Source: the human T2T-CHM13v2.0 reference genome, Homo sapiens. From it: a stretch of 64,000 bases of DNA. A program made the position numbers and the translations under genes. The stretch lies in the NCBI RefSeq assembly GCF_009914755.1, contig NC_060930.1, one strand, 5' to 3'. The notes below the pieces were generated by a model, which saw only the letters and a program-made list of their open reading frames with translations, made no database searches and was not told the origin of the DNA. This document shows, piece by piece, positions 1 to 14,921 of the stretch; the first letter of the stretch is position 1, and every line of letters starts with the position of its first letter.

Positions 1-306
1 TCTGGACAGTAAATATTTCAGGCATCGCAGGCCATATGATCTTTGTTGCACTACTCCACTCTTGCTGTATTGCGAAAGCAATCTAAGGTAACTGTGTAAA
101 CAAATGAGTGTGGCTTGTGTCCCAATAAAACTTTATTTATGAATAGACATCAACATTTCAATTTCCTTTACTTTTCCAATGTCACAAAATATTCCTTGGA
201 TTTTTAGAAACTATTTAAAAATATAAATACCATTCTTAACTCTTGGCTTGTAGAAAAACAGAAAGGGTGTTGTTGGATTGTCCCAAGGGTAGTTTTCTGA
301 CCTCTG
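1..306 (+). mobile_element. MER58B-like hAT-Charlie element (cut by window edge)
   Basis: GTAAATATTT...CCAATAAAACTTTATTTA...GACCTCTG. Confidence 0.75.
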
Positions 307-727
307 ATCCGGAAGGGCTCCTGGACTTATGGAGCACTTGCAGAGCTCATTATGGCAGCCCTGAGTGGGTCCTTCATGACTGAGTCAGCCATAGCTCAGG
401 GGATGGCAACATTTTAAAAGTAAATACCAGGAAGAAGTTGCCTTAATTCTGGGTTACACTTGGAAATTACATCATCACACTACCAAGTTCATACAAGAAG
501 AAGCATAGTGGATAATCAGGACAATGTTTAATCAATCTTGTGGAGACATTAATAGTCCATAAACCCACATTAAATAAAGTCATTTTGTTCCTCAAATTAC
601 ATAGCTTCCACAAAGTAGTAAGACAAAGTCAAAATTTGATATCATTGTCATCTAGTATCAATTTTGGATCTGGGAGAGATCTTAGAGACCACTTGGTTAA
701 ACCTTTCACTCTAAAGATGAGACTCAG

Positions 728-868
728 GCTGGGTGCGGTGGCTTATGCCTGTAACCCTAACACTTTGAGAAGCTGAGGTGGGAAGATAGCATGAGCCCAG
801 GAGTTTGAGACCAGCCTGGCAACATAATGAGGCCCTGTCTCTACAGTCAATCAATCAATCAGTCAATC
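728..868 (+). mobile_element. FLAM/Alu monomer with (TCAA)n tail, inside a MIR
   Basis: Left-arm-only Alu; TSD AAG(A/G)TGAGACTCAG at 714-727 and 869-882. Confidence 0.85.
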
Positions 869-1045
869 AAGGTGAGACTCAGAGCCAGCAAGGTTAAGGA
901 CTTTGTCCTGCTCACTCAACCCACTGGTCCAGAATACAGCCAAGCAGAGTACCTTCCTCTGGGCAAGGCTGTCTGTGAGGCTGAGACTGTTAAACCTGAT
1001 ATGAATACATGTTTAACTGACCATTGCAATAATGGCATTACTTAC

Positions 1046-1224
1046 TTTCTAAAAAAGGATAGAACCGTCCACTTTCAGCCCATTTGGAACACTTTGTTCC
1101 CCAAATGGCCTTAACTTTGGCATAATACTGGTGTTCGTAGTCAGAAGTTTCAGCAGAAAGATCACAGTAGGTTCTATTGATATTTCTGCATTCTGATTTA
1201 TTCAGCCATTTCTTTTGCCCATAT
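1046..1224 (-). CDS. IL20RA: IL20RA exon 3 (second half of FNIII domain 1)
   Basis: Acceptor tagcag|A, 179 nt encoding YGQKKWLNKSECRNINRTYCDLSAETSDYEHQYYAKVKAIWGTKCSKWAESGRFYPFLE, donor AAA|GTAAGT; class II cytokine receptor Cys/Trp pattern. Confidence 0.97.
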
Positions 1225-1959
1225 CTGCTAAGAAAGAAGCTGAATTAATAATGAGGTGCCCTCTATACTTTACAATAAAAAAACTCAGTCATTTTATAAA
1301 ACTGAATGGAACTGACGACCTTCTCTTCAGAAAAACAAAAGTGCCTGTCATTGAGATAAAAAAGAATCCACTTTTGCGGCGGGCAATTTTTTTCATCAGC
1401 TGTCAGGAACATGAGTCAGAGTTTCTGTAATCACCTTTCTTTCTGTGAATTATAATGTGGACAGTATATTTTGGAAGCATATATTTTACTGTTATTCTTT
1501 GGCTACAGTGAAATTTTTACATATTGTGTGATCAATTCTTCTAGTAATTATCTGTGTAGGTTTTTAGTCTACTATGTACACGAGGTCAGTTTGACGGATT
1601 GTTTGAAGAACAGTTTGTCATTTTTTTCTTGGAAGAAAAATTACTTTGACGTTCTCATAGCATATAAAAATCTAAGTATCAATGATTCTAGGGAAAATAC
1701 ATGAGGCTGGAGTGCATACAGAAATCTGCATTTTTGATAATTATAGTGATGATGATAATATTGACTAGATTGGTCATACTGATTTTCCTTTTCTTTATTA
1801 AAAACACAACCCCCATAGCAAATAGGGAGGTGGCAATATTTTCAGCCCTTTTCAGGTGGGAGAGACTGAAGTGTAGAGTTCAGGTAACATGTGATAAGCC
1901 AGTGAAAGGGACAGGGGAGGCAGTTTGGGAAAGGTGATGGGTTACAAGTGGCAGCCTAG

Positions 1960-2560
1960 GGAACAGCTGAGAGGACACTACAGTGGTCCAGGGGAAGATG
2001 TAGGTCGCTTGGACAAGGACAGGGGCAGTAGGATAAATAAGGACAGGACAAAAGCAAGAAATATTAGGAGATAGGACTTGGTGATAGAAAACATGTAACA
2101 GATTAGGGAAATGAAGGTGTTAAGGATGCTGTCTCTTTCTGTCTGGGGCAGATGGGTGGAATGGTGGTGATATTTACTACGAAAAAGAGCACTGAGACAG
2201 AACAGATTTGGGAAATGGATGGGGAGGCAGAGCAGGAGGGGAAGATAAGATGTTCACTTTTGATGCCTTGAGCCTGAGTATGTTAGAGATATCCCACTGC
2301 AGATGCCCAGTGGGCAATGGGTCTCAGGAGAGACATGTGTGTGGGAGGTAGGAATTTTGGAGTCAATGTCATCAAACTGCTCATTGATGGCACAAGCATG
2401 AATGAATGATCCATGGAAACAAAATAAAGTCTAGGATAAAATTTCAGGAGCGTCAAGATTTAAAGGTTGGATAGAAAGAAGACCTAGAAATAGCAACTAA
2501 AGAGGGATGAGAAAAAAATATCATAAAGGTCAAGGGAAGAGTGCGTCTTGAGAAAGAGGA
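1960..2560 (-). mobile_element. L2 fragment
   Basis: Purine-rich decayed antisense L2 motifs (CAGTGGTCCAGG, GGACTTGGTGA, GAATGGTGGTG). Confidence 0.6.
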
Positions 2561-3219
2561 TATGTCCATGTATTGCCAAAGCTTAAGGATATTTTCTCTT
2601 TTCAGAATATGGCAACAGATTTCTGAAAGTAAATGTTTCCCATTTCCTAAGTACCATACCTACCAAAAGACATCAGAAATATAGTCAGATCTTACTGATC
2701 AACTTCTCCATCCAAGTGATCACTGTTACTTAAGGGCTTTCAATTTTTTTTTTTGACCATGATCCACAGGGAAAAGAAAAATACATTTTATATTGTGATT
2801 CAGCTCACAAAATATAAAACTATCTAACATATTAAAACAAAAATTGTACAAGAAAATATTTAAACTTTACCACATGCCTTGCATTCAGTTATTTTTCATT
2901 CCAGTCCATTCCACACCATTCCATTCCTTTCCATTAAAAATAATATCCCTCAACATTCATTTCATGAGTCATCAAAGAGTCCTGAATTGTGGCTTGAAGA
3001 CTATTGCCATTGCCTATGTGGCCCCTCCCTCCTCAAACTTCCTCACTCTGCCAAAGGCAAGGCAGCTTCCCATGACAGATGCTGATGCAGGAGAAAAGGC
3101 TCTTTACAAGATTTTCAACAAAATAAATGAATGATGACCAGAATCACTCAGCAAATATTCCAGTAATGACACTCACGCATGGCAAACAGCCATATGGGGC
3201 CCTCAGTGGTCTCTGATTT

Positions 3220-3410
3220 ACAAGCTTTATCTCACTAATTATCATAACAACCCTAGGGGGTAGGTACTCTTATTTTCATCCCATTTTACAGATGAGACAG
3301 CTGAGGCTCAGGGAGATTAAGGGATCCACTCAAATTCACATGACTAGTAAACAGCATTCCTGGGATTTGAACCACTCTTCCCTGACGCCAAAACTTCTGT
3401 TTTTAGTGCT
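3220..3410 (-). mobile_element. MIR
   Basis: Core CCCATTTTACAGATGAG..CTGAGGCTCAG. Confidence 0.8.
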
Positions 3411-5422
3411 ACATTCTATTATTTTGCATTAATTGTTTTGGTGGATAGAATTTAAACTTTTGGAAAATTTTCACCTTGGAAACAAACTTCACTCAAAAGT
3501 ATAAAAGTATAATCTGTAACCTTCCCAGCTAGGTTCATAGCCTGGCTATGAACTGGGGACTGTCTGACTCCAGAGCTGAGATTGGAGCCCTCTGGCAGTG
3601 AAATACATTGTCTTATATTCCTGTCCCTCTTTCACATGCACAGGCATGTAAGAACTCCAACATCGCAAGCTTCTTTTTAAAAACATATTTTTAAAAGTTG
3701 CACAATCTGAGTGATCTGCTCACACGAAGCAGTGATGACTCTTGTCTATTTTTTAAAAATCCCTTTCTGGATCACATAAAACATAAAGGACAGAGCAAGC
3801 TCTTTGCTCCACCTAATGGATAAGGAGGCAAGGACATGCTCACGAGCCTTTTCTCTGCAAAGTGATTTCTTTCCTCTAACACTGGCTCCTGAGAAACTCC
3901 TTGGAAATGAGAATGAGGTTCTAGATAAATGAGGTCACTGTGAGTCGCTGCTGAAGTCTTTCACTGGTTTTAGTTATCTGAATTTTTTTTTCAAAGACAA
4001 AACTGACTTTATTCTTTTTTGAAAATATGGTAAATTTTTTTAATTCAAACAATCAAACAATTCAGAAAGTATAATCAAAAGAGAAACAAATCATCCTAAA
4101 ACCCATTACCCTGGAACATTTGGTGTGTATGATTCTGGATATCTCATTGTGCTTCTGTATAAACAGAAGGACGATATGATAGCAGAATAGATGGACAAAA
4201 ATTAGATTATACCATACATATGGTTTTAATAAAAGTAGTCAGTTCAATGTGCCTTGAACTTTGATAGAAAAAAGAAATTGAAGTGAGATTAAAGAAACTA
4301 CAGAAGTGCAAATGTTTGTCACCACAAGACATATTTGTTCCTAAAAGAGCTTTTAAATTAAGAAAATGGTTTGTGAAAAATATTGAGAGGTTAATTATTA
4401 AAATAATAAAATATTGTCATTTTAGATGACATTTAATGGCTTCTGGCTATGAAAATCAGTACACTTATAGTTCCCCCCCCCTTTTCCACCTTATATTATT
4501 GTTTAAATTCAAATTATTTCTAAGAAACTTCTATAATTACATTTCCATCACTATTTAGTCTTAGTTCTACACTGAGATGAATTCCATGCATGCTACCAGT
4601 CTTTTGGTCATCACTAAGTTCTTCTTTTGGGTTTGTCTTTATCTCTCTGTTAGCTGGAGGTCGTCTTTAGTTAGTGCTCCACCTCATCCTCCAGGAAGAT
4701 CTCAGAAAAGTGATCTCCTGAGTTCCCACCTGCTTCCAAACACCAGTCTACTGAACTTCGTAAGAGTCTTAGGTTATACTTGTCTTTTCCTCACAAGATA
4801 TATTCTGTTGAGTGTTGCCAGATTGAAATTCTCCCTTTCTCTCAACTTGAGTTCTGCTTTTGCTAAAATGGCCATGAATCATTTAATTATCTTAAAGTCC
4901 AATAACTTCACCAGGATATGTCTTGCTATTGTTTTTACCAATTTTTTTCTAGACACACCACACATTTATGATACACAGTTCCAAACAGTTTTTATTACCT
5001 GTTCAACCATTACTATCACTTAGCTCTAACAGGTTTTTCATCTTGATACAGTATTTTTATATTCCAGCATTTTCCTAAGCTCTGCACACTTCCTTAAAAA
5101 AAAGCATGTTCTCCCTGTTGTCTTAGAAACTCTTCTTTCACTGTTTTCTCTTCTTTGAGTTTTACCTTTACAGATCCTGTTGTTTATGCACTCTAACAAA
5201 ATTATGGACTGTTATTTATTTTAATTCTTCCTTACTTCCATAGCAAAGCTTTCTGGAAACTTGTATTCTGTTTTCTTCTTTCCCCCTTCCAGTAATTATG
5301 AATAGGCGCTATGCTAGTTCCCTTGGGACTATTACTTTTTGAGTGGGGCCAGCTGTTTGTTGAACAGGCAAATGGATATAAGAATAGGGCTCAGATAATG
5401 AGCTTTTGCTCTCCATAATTTT

Positions 5423-5728
5423 TGTTTGTTTGTTTGTTTGTTTGTTTGTGAAAAGACTTGGCTTTATTGTCCAGGCTGGAGAGCAGTGGCATGATCTCAG
5501 CTCACTGGAACCTCCACCTTCCAGCTCAAGCCATCCTCCCACCTCAGCATCCCAAGTAGATGGGACTACAGGCATGCACTATCATGACCGGCTAATTTTT
5601 GTATTTTTTGTAGAGACAGGGTTTTGTCATGTTGCACAGGTTGGTTTTGAACTTGTGAGCTCATGCGATCCAGAAGTCTTGGCCTCCTAAAGTGCTGAGA
5701 TTACAGGTGAGAGCCACCGTGTCCGGCC
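5423..5728 (-). mobile_element. AluJ with (TTTG)n tail
   Basis: TSD GCTCTCCATAATTTT. Confidence 0.9.
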
Positions 5729-6739
5729 AACGCTCTCCATAATTTTAAACTTCTGTTTCCATCAAACACCCTCTCACCAAATCCATTATTCCCTTTGCTC
5801 CCTGTGAAGCCTGTCTGCCCTCAGGTTTTGGGCTGCAGGAGGCTGATGTTGTAGCCTTCCTGGGCTGCCTCCCAGCCAGTGCCACCTCCGTTTCCTCCTG
5901 ACCCCGGCTCATTCCCAGCTTCTCCCTGGGCTGTGACAGGGCCTCCACAATGGACATGTCCTGTGTGCCTGATTTCTATTTCAGTTTCGCCACCTCTGAT
6001 ATTCTGTGGCACCCAGCTGGGGCTCCATGGGGACATTTCCTTAATTTCTGGTGGTGGCAATCCTTAGATTTCCATGCTCTCAGATTGTTAGGTGGGCCTC
6101 TTTGCACTGTGATACTTATTTTGTGAAATCATTTCCTGTGGTTGGAGCTGGGAAGGTGTAGGTAGGTTTGCCTTCAGTTTCTGCAGCTGTTTTTCTTCAG
6201 ATTCCACAAGATTTGGCTTGGATGGTTCCTAGTTTGTGGTCAGGGTTGTGGCCATTTCCTTTGTTTCTCTGAAGATGGACACTGACTATCTGTCTTGCAT
6301 TCTTTCCTGCTTGCAATGAGTTTTGAGGGCCAGATGAAATGTCTATTCACTGCTATCTTTAAGTGCAACAGCTGATCACACCAAATGTGCACGCGGTTTC
6401 AAGGAGTCTAAGGATGCCTATAATTCCAAACAGCTTAGAAATTTCAAGATGATGGATTGCCTTGTTTGCTCAGCCACCTAATAATGTTTTATTATTAGAA
6501 ACTTCTTTTCTCTGTCTAAATAACCTTGCCTCGCCTGAGCCCCCCAATGCCTCTGTCTCCATGAAGAAACTGTTTTCTAATTTAATCTTACAAAACATCA
6601 AGAAAACTTAACCTGAAATATCTAAAACTTTTCTCTTTTTCAAACACATTTAATACCACGGAGAGTTTATCTTTACACAATTCACAAGAGTCTGAGTCTT
6701 GTGTTTGTAAGCTAGCCAAAAGGAAAAGAAGAAACTTAC

Positions 6740-6875
6740 ATGAAATACTGCACAGTGTAAGTAACTTTAACTCCTTGAAGACCCTCTGGTGGAGTCCATT
6801 GTAGGACATTCTTCATGTTGATGGATAAGAAGGTGATGTTTGCAGGTTTAGGCAAACCACCAGAGACACAGGGAA
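6740..6875 (-). CDS. IL20RA: IL20RA exon 2 (first half of FNIII domain 1)
   Basis: Acceptor tttttcag|TT, 136 nt encoding (V)PCVSGGLPKPANITFLSINMKNVLQWTPPEGLQGVKVTYTVQYF(I), donor AT|GTAAGT; in frame with exon 1. Confidence 0.97.
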
Positions 6876-6934
6876 CTGAAAAAGGAGCAGAAAGGAATTG
6901 AGGTCTTAGTGGCAGAAAAGGAAAACATGATTCC

Positions 6935-7391
6935 TGTAGCAGCTAGTCTCCAGAGATGGCCCCCAATACGGCCTTCCAGTATGCATTCCCTGTGTAACAT
7001 CTCTGAAATGGAAAAGAGAATGTGGCAGAGGTGGCTCTGGGACTAAGCCAGGACTTTTGCTTTTCAAAAAAATTCCCGAGTAGCTATGTAAAATAACAGC
7101 TAACTTGCTGGAGAGACCATGCTGAGAGATTGCACGAAGAGAGGCTCAGTTGTCCTGGTGTCCCAGCTGAGCCCAGCCTTCCAATTAAGGGGCCACAATG
7201 AAGTTACTGTGGCCATTCTAGCCCCTTCTGTCACAGGCTGAAGCTGCATGAGAGACCTCGTGTGAGATCAGCAGAAGAATCATCTGGCAGAGCCCCAGTT
7301 AATCCCCAGAAATTTAAGAAATAATAAAATGATTGTTTTAAACCACTAAGTTTTGGGGGTAGTTTGTTATGCACAGCAGAGAACTAAAACA
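6935..7391 (+). mobile_element. MLT1 (MLT1H-like) LTR
   Basis: GATGGCCCCCAA start; TTTTAAACCACTAAGTTTTGGGG...AAAACA end. Confidence 0.7.
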
Positions 7392-8278
7392 ATCTCTTTA
7401 TTAAATATAAAAACAAAATTTAGAGTAGGTGACCCCGAGAGGCCAGAGTTTCAAAGGTTAGAATTGGGACTGCCTTTACTAATGAATATAGTAAAGCAAT
7501 AATTAGAAAAGGAACCAATGAAATAAGACAATTTATTTAAATAAACACTGATATGTTCACATAGGTGCACTCTAAGAAAAACTGTATCCTAGAGGATTAA
7601 TTTACAGAAATCCTTGTAGAGAAATGGTAAAGAATTGAGAAACTACTAAAAACTTGGAAAAGGAAAGGAGAGGCTACTTTCTTATAAAATAAAGCAAAGA
7701 TAATCCTTGGATTAAAGTAAATGAAAAAATTCAGTGGTAATATGTAGGAATCAAAATATTAATTTAAAATATTGGAAAGATCACAAAGCACGGAGTGATA
7801 ACCAATCAGGTTTTATGAACAACTTATCCTGTCACAAATATGCACATTCTAGTCAATCAATGAACTTGAAAAATATAAAATATTAATACTGCCAATCAAA
7901 CTTAGGAAATAAAATTTAGTTCAGTCACTGATGGCAGGTCCAATCTTGGCTAAGTATCATAATTCTTGAGTAAAGTAGCTGGGACTAATGTCAGAGAAAG
8001 GAATTATGTGTGAGGTAATCCTTGGTTAAGATTAGTTCTATACAATGTATTGTTATTTTGCAAGCCAAGTGAAAAGAAAAATTATTTACTTTAGAATTAA
8101 ACTTTGTAATATCACCCTGATTCTAAGCAAAATTAGCTCTTTAGTGTAAAGATGGCTGAGTGTAGGTATGCTTGTGTTATAATTGTCATGACTCCTACTT
8201 TTAACCTTGCTCATTTAAAAAATTTTGTTTTATTTTTTTAAAAAATGTTACAGAGAAGCACAATCAATTGACCACTGC

Positions 8279-8279
<1 letters not shown>

Positions 8280-8325
<46 letters not shown>
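8280..8325. repeat. (TG)n microsatellite
   Basis: About 20 TG units. Confidence 0.97.
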
Positions 8326-8327
<2 letters not shown>

Positions 8328-8836
8328 GGGGTAGGGGAATCTCAAAAGGACATAGCCTGCCCAACATCAGTCTTTGATTTCTTCTTGTAATTCTTTGGAA
8401 CCATTGGGTAGCAAGTGGTGTTGGTATTTTCTGGAGATTACATAGAGTGAATATTTATCAATGATTTAATACTGCTTTGTGGTACTACTAGGTTCTCAAT
8501 TTTAATCAGATTTTTGAAGACAAAACAGAACATGAGGAGGCAGCACATTGAGTATAACACTTCTCAGCTCTTCTAAAATGTGGAACCCATTTAACATAAA
8601 AATTGCCAAGGATCTTTCCAGAGCTAAAATGCTGTGGCCTACATTTTTAGATGGCCTTAACATATGAAGAGTGGTTAGCATCTTATACAAAATAAAATAG
8701 ACTGTGCATTATAATATCACTGGTGGAAGACATTGTCAAAACATGGCTTTATAGAAATGAAAAGGAAATTGAACATTTTGGTTTGTGGCAACATGAGTTT
8801 GGAGATAGAAAACAGAAGTTATCTTAGATAGTATAG

Positions 8837-9216
<380 letters not shown>

Positions 9217-9687
9217 TAATGTGAGTAAAGAAATGACAGAGTTCTCAAGATGCCTAAAACATACCCAAAAAAGTTTTGAGAAATAACTTGGAGTAAAAGA
9301 AATAGACAGGCAATTTTATTTTAATTTAGTTTTTTTGGTTGCTGTCATAAGGAAACAAAGCAATTTTTCTCTTCTGAAATAAACTATACTCTGGAATGTT
9401 CTGTCAATAATTAATGTTCATTGATTCAGTAGACAGTTTGATTAATGCTTTGTAATTGTCTAAATGGTCCTTCACAAATGCTATGCCAATTGTTGAAATG
9501 TTAGCAAACTCTGGTAATGATATTAAACCAACAGAATGAATAATGTGACAATAATAACATTAAAAAATAATGTTCTTATGCCATTCTATTCTTTGAGAAG
9601 AGAATATATTTCATTAAAAATGCTGTGAACTATGTATGCCTCCCCTGCATGTCTACATTATGGGTAAATCTTATCTATCACCATGAC

Positions 9688-10218
9688 TGTGGTAGCTGGC
9701 CTCCAATAATCCCTTCCTCTTGGCATTCACAGGTTGTATCATTCTCTCCCACATTGTGCCTGGGTTGGTCTGTGTGTCCAATAAAATATGACAAAAGCCA
9801 TGACAAAAGACACTTCTGAGATTAGGTGATAAAAGGCACTGTGGCTTCTGTCTTGTTTTCTTTGTCTTGGATCATTTGCATGGGCAACACCAGCTGCTTT
9901 GTTGTGAGTGGCCCTGTGGAGGCCCATGTGGCAAAGTAACTGAGGCTTCCCAAAGCTGCTGAAGAACTGAGTGAAGCCTCCTGCCAAGAGGAACGTTAGT
10001 GATCTTAGAAGTGGATCCTCTGACCCCAGTCCAGCCTTCGGATGACTGCAGCCCCAGCTTGCCTCTTGACTACACTACTGTGAAAGACCTTCAGCCAAAA
10101 CCACTTGGCTAAGCCCTTACTGGAATCCTGACCCTCAAAAAATATGTGAGATAATATTTGTTGTTTAAAGCTATTAAGTGTAAGGTAATTTGTTACCTAA
10201 TAGTAGAGAATGAATACA
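9688..10218 (+). mobile_element. MLT1F-like LTR
   Basis: TGTGGTAG start; GGAGGCCCATGTGGCAA; GGTAATTTGTTAC...AATACA end. Confidence 0.75.
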
Positions 10219-11155
10219 ACAATGATTCTAAAACTGAAAGCATCTAAGACAGACCAATCACTAAAAAAAAAAAAAAAACCCTCCATTCCCAATAATTTAA
10301 TAAATGGCTCTTGCCTTAATAATTTTGAGAAATGTTCTTTCTAATAGTTTGATTTTATGTTTATGAAAAAAATTAAAAACTACCCGAGGAGAAGACCAGA
10401 AACTTACTATCTTTTTAATAGCAAGTAAAGATCACAGTAAAAACTTTTTGAATTTTTTTTTAAAAAACAAATGCTTAGTTAAGCTCATTGCAAATACGCT
10501 GACAAGATTTCAGAGTAATAAACATCTTTAACAGAAATCCACTTAAAAATGAATGTTATATTTTGTACACTGCATCTGGGGAAAAAATACTACAGCTTTT
10601 AGACCTGCAGGTTCTTCCTTTGGATTGACGTTATCTTTCTGATGGCAGAGGCAGAAAATGTTTCAGTTTTGGATCATCCTGTTGTCAATAAATCAAACTA
10701 TTATTCAGGGGCAGACCTGTCATGAGAAAAGTAGGTCACGTCTTGATATCAGCCCATCTCTAAATCTCTCCAGGACACAAAATATTCCTGTTATGACATG
10801 GTCTGCTGGTTTTGAAACCTTTTTTTTTTTTTAAATCAGAACAAATTAAGCCACGTTAGTCATCTTTCCTTAGATCAGGCAAAGCACATCTTGTCTCTCT
10901 GCTTGTCGACATTTTATTTTCAGAAATGGATGCTTATAAATTGCTGTGGATTAGTAGTATTTTGTTAATTATGGACTTTTAATAATGTGTCTTTGATCAA
11001 TGGAAACAGATGGTTCTTACTACAGAGAGGTTTGACTTTTCTGCAAAGAGGAGTTAAAAGAATTCTCTCACATGGACTGCTTGTTCCTTTGGATTAGTTC
11101 TGGTTTCACCTGGAAATGGTATCATATATTTGGGTATGATTAAAAATAATGTTGT

Positions 11156-11451
11156 GGCCAGGCGTGGTATCTCACACCTGTAACCCCAGCACTTTGGGAG
11201 GCCAAGGCAGGTAGATCACTTGAGGTGAGGAGTTCGAGACCAGCCTGGGCAACATGGTGAAACCCTGTTTCTAGCAAAAAAAAAAAAAAACACAAGAAAC
11301 AAAATTAGCCGGCATGGTGGTGGGCACCTGTAGTCCCAGCTATTTGGGAGGTTGGGGCAGGAGAATCACTTGAACCAGGAAGGCAGAGGTTGCAGAGAGC
11401 CACTGCACTCCAGCCTGGGCAACAGAGCGAGACTCTGTCTCAAAAAATAAA
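11156..11451 (+). mobile_element. AluS
   Basis: Full-length Alu. Confidence 0.92.
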
Positions 11452-11589
11452 ATGTTGAAAGTGGGATCCACTTATGACAGGCTAAGAGGCTCTGTTTTAA
11501 TAATAATAATAAATATTGTGAAAGCCTTTATATGTTAAAATGTATTTAGTCGATATGAGCAAGTTGGTTGGCATATCATAAAAATAGTC

Positions 11590-11810
11590 GCTAATACTTA
11601 ATCCTTACCACACAGCCAGGATGGTCTATGTGCTTTACACAAACCAACTCATTCAGTTTCCATAACAGCCCTATGGTAGGTACTATTGTTATCATCTCTA
11701 TTATACAGATGAGGAAACTGAGGCACAGAGGAGTTTAGTAAGTTGCCACAAATTCACACAGCTAGTAAGTGGAGGAGCTGAGTTCAGAACCCATACTCTT
11801 AACCTCCTCA
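11590..11810 (-). mobile_element. MIR
   Basis: ACAGATGAGGAAACTGAGGCACAGAG core. Confidence 0.85.
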
Positions 11811-12354
11811 CTCACATGCCAGCATTGTAAACCAAGTAGAATTTAAGCAGAATTTAAAGATAAGAAAAGGCTGATGAGAAAACATGTATTAATCTATGAT
11901 ATTAATACATCAAATAATTTGGGAATTTAAAAATGTTAGATACTAATCTGTTCAGCAAATTTTTTGGGATCCCACCACATTTTGTCATAGGAGGTCCGTT
12001 CCTTTTCCTGCCAGAATATGTCCTCCCTTATCTGGTCCTAGGGAATGCAAGCAGAAACTCCTCCTCTTTTGACACGTTCTCCAGATGATATGGTGACCAC
12101 GAAGGTAGGGATTCCTAGAAGATTGTGTTGGACTCTACTCTGGTTTATGTTTAGTTGCCGAGAACAGGATTTCTATTAATTTGAAACCACAGTTAAATTT
12201 ATAGATATGGACACATATATTTCACCTTGGCCTTGGACTTTAGCTCTTTGTCTCCCATATAAATCATACTATAGTCAATCCTATCTGTATTGATGAGAAA
12301 CATCAGTTCGACACTCATCTGATTCAGTCATTCAACTCATATTTATTGGGTACG

Positions 12355-12812
12355 CTTATGGGTTGAATTGTGTTCCTCTCTTGCAAAAACAAATAAATAA
12401 AAATAAAATATATATTAAAGTCTTAACCTCTGAGTACTTCAGAATGTGACCTATTTGGAAATAGAGTTGTTGCAGATACAGTTAACATGAGATCATACTG
12501 AAGTCAGGTGGGCTCCTGATTCAGTATAACAGATATCCTTATAAGAAGACAGCCATGGGAAGACACAGAAACACAAGGAGAATGCCATGTGAAGACGAAG
12601 GACTGGAGTGATGCACCTACAAGCCAAGAAATGACTGGGACCACCAGGAGTTGGAAGAAGCAAGGAAGGAGGCTTCTCTAGTCTTCAGAAGGAGTGTGGT
12701 GCTGCCAACACCTTGATTTTGACTTCTAGCTTCCAAAACTGTGAGAGAATAAATTGTGTTTTTTAAAGCAAACCGGTGGTACTTTGCCATGGCAGCCCTT
12801 GAATACTAACAC
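12355..12812 (+). mobile_element. MLT1B/C LTR inside an L2 3' end
   Basis: TTATGGGTTGAATTGTGT...ACTAACACA; L2 tail ATTCATTCAAC..ATTTATTG flanks it. Confidence 0.8.
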
Positions 12813-13551
12813 AGTGCCTACCATGTGGATATCTTATGGTGAATAGACAGGTAAGTTCCTGCCCTTGCAGAGCTTCCAGGGTAGTAGGAAGAGAGACATC
12901 ATTAAAAAGTAAACAACAAAAACAAATATATACATAAAAATTTGGTGATCAGACTAAGCAACGGAGTAAGGCTGGAGTGGTGGGTCACAGAACCCGGAAA
13001 TACACAGGGCCTTAGGAGAGGGCAGTGTTCTAGGCAGAGACCCCCGAGATGGGAAAGGGCCTATCCAAAAGGACAGTGTCTTTGGAACTGTCAAAATATC
13101 AGTTTGGAAAGCTGACAAAGAGGACAGTGGCCAAGATGAAATCTAAGGAGTACAAAGGAGCTAGATCCCCCATCTCTCTAAACTCTGGGAAAATGCCTGG
13201 ATTATATTTGAAATTCATGGGAAAGTATTGAATCCTTTGCTGCAGGGGAAAATATGAACCTATTTATATTTCAAATGGATCACTTCACTGCTGAAGGGAG
13301 AAAAGACTGTATAGACCAAGAGGAGAAGGGAGAAGCCAGTGAGACCATAACTGCAGTAGCTCCATTGTGCACCAAGATGCAGGCTGTGGAGAGGGAGATG
13401 CATGGGAAGCTTGGAACTCAAGTTTCAAACTAGAAGTGGGACCTGCCGATGAAGCAGAACTGCACAGGTCCCATCAGGAAGAGAGTGGCTGTGCTGTGAA
13501 AGTAAAATTAACAGATGAAGATCTAGCAAGGAATACTCATGCTTTTATCTA

Positions 13552-13897
<346 letters not shown>

Positions 13898-14921
13898 GAG
13901 TTAGCACTTTTATTTAAAGGAAAAGAAATAGTACATTTAAAAAAGAAATACGATTTGATAACTAGTATTCTCTTTAGTTTAAAAAAAATTGCGAAGTTTT
14001 TAGGCACTGTGTTTGTTTCAAGTTTGAAAAGCATGATGAAAGATTCCTGAATAAACATTTCAATGGAGAGAAATCAATTTTCTAACCTGCTAGTACTGAT
14101 AAGGTCATTGAATCAACACCAAAGTGAAAACATGTCACACCCACATTGCTATCAGGAAATGTGTGCCAATTTATGGGTAACAAATGCATTTTAACAAATA
14201 GATTTATGGTCTGGAAGCACGGCTCTGATTCTCTGAGATATTTGAGATTTCACATCCCAAATTAAAAAGCCATTGCATTGGTGCACATAGTTTTATGTTT
14301 GGGGAGTGCCAGACCATCATGACTTTGGTTTGGTACACAAATTCTTCAGATGGGCAGGTCCAATGTCTCCTTTTGCAATTCTGCCAAATGCACCGTGTTC
14401 ACCAGCCACACCAAAATACCTTCAATACTTGAACCTACCCTGTTTTTTCACACCTTTGCGTTTAGGTCCCTTCTGCCTCTAGCATTCTTTTGGAACTAAG
14501 AGACCCCTTGGTTTTCCATGTGTGCATCATTGAATAAATACTGGCTTGTGCTATTTTAATGACATGATTGTGCTGTGATGTGTAGGGTGTGTGTGGTCTC
14601 CACTAAAGTGAGCAATCCTGACCACAGACACCTGGGCAGGAGACTGATCTTTCCAGAGGAAGCAGAACTCAGAAGACTGAGGGAAGGGTCATCAACTCTG
14701 GACTCCCTTTGAGCTTTGAACGATGGAAGGATATGTGAGGATGCCCCTTTGAGTTGTGGGTTAAAGATGGCCTCTGCCTTCACAAAGTTGTGAGGAGTCG
14801 GCAAGGAACTATCCATTTAATGAACTTCGAGGTAATGATTGATTTCCTGTAGCTTGTAAGCCACATAGAGATTTGTGTCCCCTCTCAGTGTTTATTTCCC
14901 TTTTATTATATTATACCTTGG

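Noticed and set aside
4577-5023. 148-aa ORF in intron 2
   Set aside because: No recognisable domain; lies in T-rich decayed LINE-like sequence
6588-6809. 73-aa minus-strand ORF over exon 2
   Set aside because: Wrong frame and runs into intron 2
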